Assembly: GCA_937773775.1 (NCBI GenBank)
Contig: CALJVL010000019.1
Coordinates: 40,862 to 104,861 of the forward strand
DNA length: 64,000 bases
Direction: 5' to 3'
Origin: an uncultured Flavobacterium sp.
GTDB taxonomy: Bacteria > Bacteroidota > Bacteroidia > Flavobacteriales > Flavobacteriaceae
The position numbers were made by a program, and so were the translations under genes. Below the pieces are notes generated by a model. The model saw only the letters and a program-made list of their open reading frames with translations, searched no databases and was not told the DNA's origin. Shown piece by piece: positions 56,835 through 64,000 of the stretch. The first letter of the stretch is position 1. Every line of letters starts with the position of its first letter.

Positions 56835-59474
56835 ATGAAAGACACTATCTTATTAATAAAAAAACATACAATCTTACTTCTTTTTTTATTGGGATCCGTA
56901 ACTATTTGGGGACAGATTTCAGTAAAAAGAAGCGTTTCTCCTTCTGATTACAGCCAATGGAGTACGCTTAACTCCGAGAAATTAGCTGCTGATGGCAAAT
57001 GGGTAAGCTATAAGCTGGCCTATGATTCAGGCAAGGATACTGTTTTTGTACAGCAAACAACGGGCAGTAAAAAATACATTTTTCCTTCAGCAACAGATGA
57101 AAATTTCAGTCGAGATGGAAAATGGTGGGTCGCAATAGTACCCGAAAAAGGACTTGGTATATTGAGTTTAAAAACCGGGAAATGTCAATGGACGGAGGAT
57201 GTGATTTCCTATGAATTTCTGGGAAATGGTGCATATGTGGCTTTTCTTAAAAAAACAGGACTGGAACAGGAACTCGATATTTTGAATTTGGCAACCGGAC
57301 AAAAATATAGTGCAAAAGACATTGCGGAATATAGTTTTAATGCCAGTGGGAAAATCGCGGCATTTATAACAAAGCAAGAAAACGCCGTACAATTAATTTG
57401 GCTTGATGATCACTTCCGCACTTCGAAAATCATGCAGCCTTCCGACAATCGGTTTAAAAACCTAATTTGGAATAAAGACGCAAATTCACTGGCATTTCTA
57501 CAGGAACTCCCGCAGGATAAGTACCAAGGAACCAATCACAAACTGTATTTCGTGAATCATATGGATACCACTCCCAAACTGCATATTCTGGATCCCTTAC
57601 TTGCTGAAGAGATCCTTAAGGGGCTGCGAATTGTAACGCCATCGGCCAGAAAGTCCATTGAAATGGCAACGGATGGCAAAAAGGTTTTCTTTTATACAAC
57701 CACTCCGAAATTACAGACCAAGGAGAAGGAAATCGTACAGGTATGGGACGGTGCAACACCATGGACCTACCCTAGCCAAAAGAATTCAGAAAGCTGGCAA
57801 TACAATTCCAAAATGGTAGTGTGGTGGCCCGAGGAAAACAAGTTGTTTAAGATAGGAATCGATGCATTTCTAAAAACGCAACTATTAGCAGATGGAAATT
57901 ATGCTTTAAACCATAATCCGCTGCAATATGAACCACAGTATGAATTTGCCAGCCCTGTTGATTACGTACTAATAGACGTACGTACTGGAAAAAGTAAAAA
58001 AATATTGAAAAAACAGATTCGAAAATATGATTTTATCAAGGGTTCCGGATCCGGAAATTTTATCAACTATTTTAAAGAAAAGCATTGGTGGGTTTATAAT
58101 AGTAAGGAGGATAGCCATATCAATCTGACATTATTTCTAGGAATACCCATAGATGAGGTAGATTATGATTGCGGGGGTACTGCCCCCCCTTACGGAAGCC
58201 CTGGATGGTCAGCGGATGAAAAATACCTGATTGTTTATGATCAATATGATATTTGGCTACTGTCTGCCGATGGAAAATCACAAAAAAGAATAACACACGG
58301 TCGTGAAAAACACATTCGATACCGGATTGCTGAGGACAGCTATACGGATTCACTGTTGCTAGGAAATGCTGTTTTGACTGGGAATCAATTTGATCTCTCT
58401 AAAGGAGTATTGATCGAAGCATTTGGCGATGACAAATCTTCAGGCTATTATTATTGGCATCCAGAAAGAAACATAAAAAAAATGGTGTATCAGGATCGAA
58501 TGATAGATCACTTGATAAAGGCAGAACAATCCTCAAGCTATATATACAGAGAACAGTCTTTTAAACTATCCCCAAGATTGATGTTTAAGACTGAGAAAGA
58601 GAAACAGCCAAAAATTTTGATACAAACCAACCTACAGCAGAACCATTTTGATTGGGGGCATAACGAACTGATTTCGTATACCGATTCCAGAGGGACTCCA
58701 CTGCAGGGAGTATTGTACTATCCGTCCAATTTTCAAAAAGGAAAAAAGTATCCCATGATTGTACATATTTACGAAAAGCAATCACACATACTATATCATT
58801 ATTTCAATCCAGCAGAAAATGCAACGGATGCTTTTCCTCGGACGAATTACACTTTGGATGGTTATCTCGTCTTATATCCTGATATAGCGTATGAAGTAGG
58901 TGAACCTGGTAAATCAGCAACGGATTGTGTGATAGCAGCAGTAAAAGTAGTGACAGCAAAAGGAATCGTAGAAGAGCGACACATCGGATTGACGGGGGCT
59001 TCATTTGGTGGTTATGAAACAGGCTATATTGTGTCGCAAACCAATATTTTTGCGGCAGCGGTAGCAGGTTGCCCACTTACCGACTTTGTAAGCCAATACC
59101 TTAGTCTGGATGATAACTGGGGACTTCCAAGGATGTGGAGATACGAATCGCAGCAACAACGCATGGGAGTATCCCTTTTTGAAGATTATCAGGGATACAT
59201 TGAGAACTCAACTGTAGCACAAGCTGTAAAAATTAACACCCCTTTATTAATATGGTCTGGCCTGGAGGATACAATGGTAAGTTGGACGCAAGGACTCGAA
59301 CTGCATTTAGCCTTGCGTAGGCTGCAAAAGCCAAACCAATTTTTAGTATACCCAGGAGAAAACCACTCCTTTTTAAAACGGGAGACAAAAAATGACTTGA
59401 CACAGCGTACCAAAGAATGGTTCGATCATTATCTTAAGGAGAAACCCTTTAAAGATGATTTGAGTAGTAATTAA
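56835..59474 (+). CDS. S9-family serine peptidase (prolyl oligopeptidase/DPP-type) with an N-terminal beta-propeller
   Basis: 879 aa with a signal peptide. The nucleophile motif is GLTGASFGGYETGY, with a C-terminal YPGENHSF histidine region. Confidence 0.8.
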   Translation: MKDTILLIKKHTILLLFLLGSVTIWGQISVKRSVSPSDYSQWSTLNSEKLAADGKWVSYKLAYDSGKDTVFVQQTTGSKKYIFPSATDENFSRDGKWWVAIVPEKGLGILSLKTGKCQWTEDVISYEFLGNGAYVAFLKKTGLEQELDILNLATGQKYSAKDIAEYSFNASGKIAAFITKQENAVQLIWLDDHFRTSKIMQPSDNRFKNLIWNKDANSLAFLQELPQDKYQGTNHKLYFVNHMDTTPKLHILDPLLAEEILKGLRIVTPSARKSIEMATDGKKVFFYTTTPKLQTKEKEIVQVWDGATPWTYPSQKNSESWQYNSKMVVWWPEENKLFKIGIDAFLKTQLLADGNYALNHNPLQYEPQYEFASPVDYVLIDVRTGKSKKILKKQIRKYDFIKGSGSGNFINYFKEKHWWVYNSKEDSHINLTLFLGIPIDEVDYDCGGTAPPYGSPGWSADEKYLIVYDQYDIWLLSADGKSQKRITHGREKHIRYRIAEDSYTDSLLLGNAVLTGNQFDLSKGVLIEAFGDDKSSGYYYWHPERNIKKMVYQDRMIDHLIKAEQSSSYIYREQSFKLSPRLMFKTEKEKQPKILIQTNLQQNHFDWGHNELISYTDSRGTPLQGVLYYPSNFQKGKKYPMIVHIYEKQSHILYHYFNPAENATDAFPRTNYTLDGYLVLYPDIAYEVGEPGKSATDCVIAAVKVVTAKGIVEERHIGLTGASFGGYETGYIVSQTNIFAAAVAGCPLTDFVSQYLSLDDNWGLPRMWRYESQQQRMGVSLFEDYQGYIENSTVAQAVKINTPLLIWSGLEDTMVSWTQGLELHLALRRLQKPNQFLVYPGENHSFLKRETKNDLTQRTKEWFDHYLKEKPFKDDLSSN

Positions 59475-59478
59475 AAAC

Positions 59479-59512
59479 AACAATGCTGGATTTTAAAAAA
59501 ATCCAGCATTGT
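59479..59512. terminator. Bidirectional hairpin terminator between convergent genes
   Basis: ACAATGCTGGATTT TAAAAA AATCCAGCATTGT. Confidence 0.65.
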
Positions 59513-59544
59513 ATTACCAATAAATACTGGCTTAAGAACGGTTA

Positions 59545-59808
59545 CTAAATTTTTTTAAATAGCGCATCCGGACAATAAGTTCCAGCAGCATTCAGACGAT
59601 AAAGCTGCTGACCACTAGAGGTACACATTTGCGCATTAGGAACTGTGGAACACTTTACGTTTGTTTGTTCACAGGAAGCAGGGAGATGTCCATTAACATC
59701 AATTGTGCTACTCAAATTAGAACTTGAAACATTGTTAGCGAAAGCTCCCGCAATCGCAAAAACAACTACTGCAATGGGAAATCCCATTTTTGAAAAATTT
59801 GTTTTCAT
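59545..59808 (-). CDS. Small secreted four-Cys protein
   Basis: The internal start MKTNFSKMGFPIAVVVFAIAGAFA (signal peptide) is preferred over 59910. The mature part has 4 Cys (ASCEQTNVKCSTVPNAQMCTSSG...GTYCPDALF). Confidence 0.5.
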   Translation of the reverse strand: MKTNFSKMGFPIAVVVFAIAGAFANNVSSSNLSSTIDVNGHLPASCEQTNVKCSTVPNAQMCTSSGQQLYRLNAAGTYCPDALFKKI

Positions 59809-59906
59809 AATACTAAAATTAAAAGTTAATGATCTACTCTTTTTTACAGGTTTTCGATCGAGATCCTGATACTGCGCAGTATATTTTAATTCCTTTTTAA
59901 TAAAGA

Positions 59907-61440
59907 TCAAGGTGTATGTAAAATCTTAAATCCCCTTGGTTCATAAGCATTAGTCCGTATCTTATATGTAACGATAGAATGATCGTATAGGGCTACAAAA
60001 ACATCCTCAACTATCCTAAAATCAGTCATTTTTTGATTTAAAAGATTAGGAACATAAAAACTAAATAAATAGGTATTTTTCATAAAATCATAGACATCAA
60101 TTATGGATGATTTATCCCACATCTCTTCCGTTTCATAACGCCCCATTAGACCGGCATGAACAAAAAGATAATTACCAAAAGTTGCTGTTCTTTTATTTAC
60201 TATGATAGGTGGAGCGCTTAGCTTACTTTGATTTTTTGAATAAATAGTAGTTACTTTAATTTGCGCTCGACTGATTGTATCTATAGTATGGCCTTGAATT
60301 ACTAAATTTAAGCTATCATCACATACGAGATACTCATTACGATAATAGTAAGTATACAGAACCTTTTTTAATTGCTCATTATATATTAAATTACCATCGG
60401 TATCAAAAATACCATCAATTTGCTTTTCCAATAGCTGCGATGCTAATCTCACTTTAATCGTATCCGTAATTGTTATAGTTCCTAAAACATTTTCATGATT
60501 TTTACTGCTTATGGAACTAATAGAAAAAGACTCCTTATTTAGTGGCTCTCCTTTTACAAAATAAACTTTATTGTGCATCCATAAATTAGCTTTCCAATCG
60601 GTAAGACTACCTCTAAAAATGCAAGGAACGGTACCGTCCATCAAATAAAAATACGGGGATTGGACACATACTTGTACAGAACGAAAAGGAAGGTTAGATT
60701 TGGAAAGTCTTATAACATAACTTTTTTTCGTTTGTAACCCAATGTCGATTACTATGACATGAAGAGGTGCCTCATAATTGCCTAGATAAACTTTGTTCTT
60801 CTCGATTCCGGCAATATAGAAGGGACGGATGTTTTAAATCTAATTCATTAATTTTTGTAATTGGATGATGAGGAAAACGACGAATAAAGTTATTGCGATG
60901 ATGAGTAATATCTTCCGATAATAAAAAAATTATCACGACAACAGCAATACTGCTCAATAAGATGATAGAGACCGTTCCAAAAGTTCTATTATAATGATTC
61001 TTAGAAGCAACATTTTTTGGATTAAATAGTAACAGCATTATACCCGTAAATGCCAGTAGCACGAATAAAATATTAAACACCAAATGCTCAGTCCAATCTA
61101 AATTTTCAAGTATTCCTCCACAAGAGCAAGGAATAGAAGAACTATAATTCAAGATAATGATAATGTATGTAGTAAACATAATCATTAGGCTAAAAGCTGC
61201 AAATAGCCCTACTAACCGATATCTTGGAATAAGCAACAATAAGGCTATGAGTAGTTCCACAAGTGGTACGCCCCAAGAAACCGATCCTGCAAAAGCACTT
61301 AGTAATGGTGACTGTCCCAGTTGCACTTGAAAGTTCTCAAAATCCAATATTTTACTCACTGCAGCATAAACAAAAAGCAGTATATACAACAGACAAATTA
61401 CCTCTAATATTCCCTTCTTTATTGCTGCACTTACTTTCAT
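59907..61440 (-). pseudogene. MauE/DoxX-like membrane domain fused to a C-terminal soluble (beta-propeller-like?) domain, split by a frameshift as sequenced
   Basis: ORFs 60772-61440 (4-5 TM, MauE-like, with a CSCG motif) and 59907-60644. Removing one base from the GGG run at 60822-60824 gives ...DLKHPSFYIAGIEKNKVYLGNYEAPLHVIVIDIG...YFYLMDGTVPCIFRG... as one continuous frame. Confidence 0.5.
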
Positions 61441-61694
61441 ATCTGTTCTTTTATTGGATTAAACCGAATGAATTCTAAATGTTCACAACTTTGAAGTTTC
61501 TCTGGATTTGGATTTAAAAGATTCAAAGTATTTCCGATTATTTAAAACAATCATTCTTAAATACTTACCAAAATTACAGCCGTTTTTTTGGAAACATGGT
61601 TTGAAAATCAAGCCAAAATATTTGAAAATAAAGCCATTTTTCGAATAATGAATGGAAACAACAATTACTCTTAGAACCAAAGATGATTAAAACC

Positions 61695-61737
61695 AAAGAA
61701 TGCCAAATAAACAAGATTAGTTTACTTGGCATTCTTT
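61695..61737 (-). terminator. Candidate hairpin terminator
   Basis: AAAGAATGCCAA ... TTGGCATTCTTT (12-bp stem), 24 nt beyond the stop of the 61761-62054 gene. Confidence 0.4.
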
Positions 61738-61760
61738 TAGTTTCTATTTAATAATCCATT

Positions 61761-62054
61761 CTACTTCGTGGTTCCACTCAACGCATTTAGTTTTTCACTT
61801 AGTTCTATCAGCCCAGCTTTTAAGAGACACTCCCCTCCTAACGACCTCAACTCTTCCAAATTTTCTTCTGGAACACTTGTCAATAAGTTTGATGCTTTAT
61901 CATCTACTTTAGCCAATAATCCACGTTCAATAACATGGTTTAATAACAATACATTTTTACGGGAGATTTTCAAATCAATCTTCACCAGCTCATTCATACC
62001 AGGGATACTAAGGATCGTATCAAAAACCTGGGCTACTTCATTTGTTGTCAGCAT
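61761..62054 (-). CDS. Hypothetical protein (mobile-element associated)
   Basis: 97-aa ORF divergent from the primase-like gene. No motif recognised. Confidence 0.4.
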   Translation of the reverse strand: MLTTNEVAQVFDTILSIPGMNELVKIDLKISRKNVLLLNHVIERGLLAKVDDKASNLLTSVPEENLEELRSLGGECLLKAGLIELSEKLNALSGTTK

Positions 62055-62200
62055 AATCTTCTCGTTTTAAATTAGTAATTCATTACTCCAAAAATAAGAA
62101 GCTTGCTTCAATTTATCCTAGTCAAAATATGATGAGGATTGGACAAAGGATTTAGCTTTTTTACTTTAGTAAGCGGAATCTGAATTATGAACCTGATAAA

Positions 62201-63113
62201 ATGTATGTTATGAATTTCAGCAACGATAGCTTTTCGATAAAGCAAGCCAAAGCAATAGATTTAGTTAATTACTTAAAGTCGTTGGGTTTTGAACCCAAAA
62301 AAAATCAGGCGCGATGACTACTGGTACCTATCTCCATTGAGAGATGAAAAAGAAGCTTCCTTTAAAATTAATCGCAGATTAAATCGTTGGTATGACCACG
62401 GCCTTGGCAAAGGCGGAAACTTGGTCGATTTTTGTATCGAATTTTACAAGTGTAGCATTCCTGAATTACTAAACAACTTAAGTGGAAATCTTTCTCTTCA
62501 ACAGTCAATAGTTTATCCCATAGAAAATAGTGTTCAACAAGAACCTAAAATTAAAATTATAGAAGTGACTACGCTTACTTCTTATCCGCTATTACGCTAT
62601 CTCGAACAGCGTACTATTCCAGTTGCAATTGCACAACAGTTTTGCAATGAAGTTCACTACAATTTAAATGATAAGTCGTACTACGGAATTGGTTTCAAAA
62701 ATGATTTGGGCGGCTATGAAATTCGCAACCCTTATTTCAAAACAACAGCTTCGCCTAAGGGAATAACCACCTGTGAAAATGGTAGTAATGAGGTAGTTGT
62801 TTTTGAAGGCTTTTTTGACTATTTATCCTTTAAAGCGATGACCAAAAACCTTCCTGAAAACAGTCAGAATTTTGTCATTTTAAACTCTGTTTCTTTTTTC
62901 GAAAGAGCACGTCCTTTTATGGAAAAACATGAATCCATTCGGCTTTATCTTGACCGGGATGAAACGGGACAAAGCTATACGAAGCGTGCACTTTCTCTGA
63001 GTACAAAATACAAAGATGAAAGCAACCTCTATCAAAACTATAATGACCTCAACGACTGGGCAATGAATTTTGGAAAATCAAAGAAAATTAATTTACGGCA
63101 AAAAAATAGCTAG
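62201..63113 (+). pseudogene. Toprim-domain / DNA-primase-like protein of the mobilisation module, frameshifted in an A8 run as sequenced
   Basis: The upstream frame M(YVM)NFSNDSFSIKQAKAIDLVNYLKSLGFEPKK stops just after A8 at 62297-62304. Removing one A joins it to IRRDDYWYLSPLRDEKEASFKINRRLNRWYDHGLGKGGNLVDF (ORF 62289-63113). Confidence 0.65.
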
Positions 63114-63227
63114 TTCCTACTCCAATCTTCACTGTAAATCATAACTATTCTACATACCACCAAAAAAACGACTTCAATAATCAATGCCATTATAATTAGC
63201 TAAAAGATTGCCACGTTCCTGCAATCG

Positions 63228-63290
63228 GCAAGATGTCCGGTTGTTAAACAACCGAATCTTGCTGCCCATTCACTCGGAACTCGTGGGCAG
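63228..63290 (+). other. Candidate oriT: inverted repeats just upstream of the mobilisation genes
   Basis: GCAAGATGTCCGGTTGTT / AACAACCGAATCTTGC (63228-63262), then CTGCCCA / TGGGCAG (63262-63290). Confidence 0.35.
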
Positions 63291-63336
63291 TGAGACTGAA
63301 AAGACAAAAAGAGTTCAGTAATGAATAAAATGAGAG

Positions 63337-63729
63337 ATGATGGAAAGAGAAAATTCAAAAAGAACACGTATTGTCGGTTTACGATTTACGCCAGAAGAGT
63401 ATGCAAAAATTGAACGCAAATGGAAAACCAGTACCTGCAGGAAGCTGAGTGACTACATTCGCAAACACCTATTCAACAAACCTATTACTACTAATTACCG
63501 TAACCAATCCCTAGACGATTTTATGGCAGAAATGATGCGTCTAAGAGGAGAACTGAACGCTATTGGAAACAACTTTAATCAGGCTGTAAAAAAGTTACAT
63601 ACTCTGAATCAGATTTCCGATTTTAAGCACTGGCTCATCAGTTATGAGTTGGAGAAAAAAATACTTTTTAATAAGGTGGATGAAATAAAAAAACAGATTC
63701 AAAAAATAGCAGAATCATGGTTGCAATAA
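63337..63729 (+). CDS. mobA: Mobilisation accessory protein (MobA of Bacteroides nomenclature / MobC-type relaxosome protein)
   Basis: 130 aa. The VGLRFTPEEYAKIE motif and GNNFNQAVKKLH are typical. Its stop overlaps the relaxase start. Confidence 0.7.
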   Translation: MMERENSKRTRIVGLRFTPEEYAKIERKWKTSTCRKLSDYIRKHLFNKPITTNYRNQSLDDFMAEMMRLRGELNAIGNNFNQAVKKLHTLNQISDFKHWLISYELEKKILFNKVDEIKKQIQKIAESWLQ

Positions 63730-64000
63730 TCAAAACGGGACATTCCATCCATCGGATTTTAAACTATAATGAAAACAAAGTGCAGCAAGGTGTAGCGGAC
63801 TGTATTGGAGCTGGAAATTACCCAGTCGATTTTGAAAAAATGGTCTTTACAATGAAACTAAACCGCTTTTTGAAACAGGCTGATTTAAATGAAAATGTAA
63901 AACGAAACAGTGTGCATATTTCGCTCAATTTTGATGTGACGGAAAAGGGAATTTCAAAAGAGAAACTGATGGAAATAGCAGATACCTATATGGAGAAAAT
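63717..64000 (+). CDS. mobB: Relaxase/mobilisation nuclease (MobB of Bacteroides nomenclature), N-terminal 94 codons; runs off window end
   Basis: Hand translation from ATG 63717 gives MVAIIKTGHSIHRILNYNENKVQQGVADCIGAGNYP...NSVHISLNFDVTEKGISKEKLMEIADTYMEK, a typical relaxase N-terminus. Confidence 0.8.
   Translation, partial: MVAIIKTGHSIHRILNYNENKVQQGVADCIGAGNYPVDFEKMVFTMKLNRFLKQADLNENVKRNSVHISLNFDVTEKGISKEKLMEIADTYMEK

Larger units (their letters stand above)
17343..64000. mobile_element. Integrative conjugative element (CTnDOT-like) inserted at the 3' end of tRNA-Ser. The right end is not in the window. It could alternatively be an ICE plus a second mobilisable element.
   Basis: The tRNA is followed within 262 nt by an integrase, then an excisionase-like HTH, traN-traE, cargo, and then primase-like, MobA/MobC-type and relaxase genes at the window end. 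Confidence 0.6.

Noticed and set aside
61483-61680. 65-aa minus-strand ORF.
   Set aside because: It is short, with odd composition (MVLRVIVVSIHYSKNGFIFKYFG...), in an AT-rich intergenic stretch between a membrane gene and a hairpin. There is no support for it.

Overview
This window looks like a Flavobacteriia-type (Bacteroidota) chromosome segment, judged from TAnnTTTG promoter elements, SusC/SusD genes and CTnDOT-type tra genes. It has three parts.

(1) nt 1-17.1 kb is core genome, almost all on the plus strand. It holds an FAD/Fe-S oxidoreductase (partial), a muropeptide-recycling cluster (GHL10-like lipoprotein, ampG, GH3 nagZ-like), nhaC, a thiol-redox cluster (2-Cys peroxiredoxin, thioredoxin, tpx), dgkA, ftsK, lolA-like, lptF/G-like and ribBA.

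(2) tRNA-Ser(UGA) at 17255-17342 is followed directly by a tyrosine integrase and a CTnDOT-type conjugation operon (traE, F, G, three paralogues, J, K, L-position, M, N on the minus strand). This is an integrative conjugative element inserted at the tRNA. Its primase-like, MobA/MobC-type and relaxase genes appear only at 62.2-64 kb, running off the window.

(3) About 31 kb of cargo lies between the tra and mob modules:
- AraC-type regulators and gene remnants.
- A HipB/HipS/HipT-like tripartite kinase toxin-antitoxin locus.
- A run of eight minus-strand genes arranged as integron-like cassettes. Each unit is bounded by reverse-complementary ...AAC / GTT... ends and separated by 113-142 bp imperfect palindromes. 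The array carries a DUF4297-HerA defence pair, an orphan GT32 plus GT25-GH16 fusion pair, a HEPN-motif protein, an HD hydrolase, an alpha/beta hydrolase and an HExxH protein. No integron integrase is present in the window.
- One intact and one truncated IS1182/IS5-like element, both inserted at the same point of these sites.
- A SusC/SusD/S9-peptidase locus.
- A Cys-peptide plus MauE-like gene pair.

Four genes are broken by single-base frameshifts, three of them in A/T homopolymers of 7-8 nt. Sequencing error should be excluded before calling them pseudogenes. No CRISPR array or rRNA was seen.
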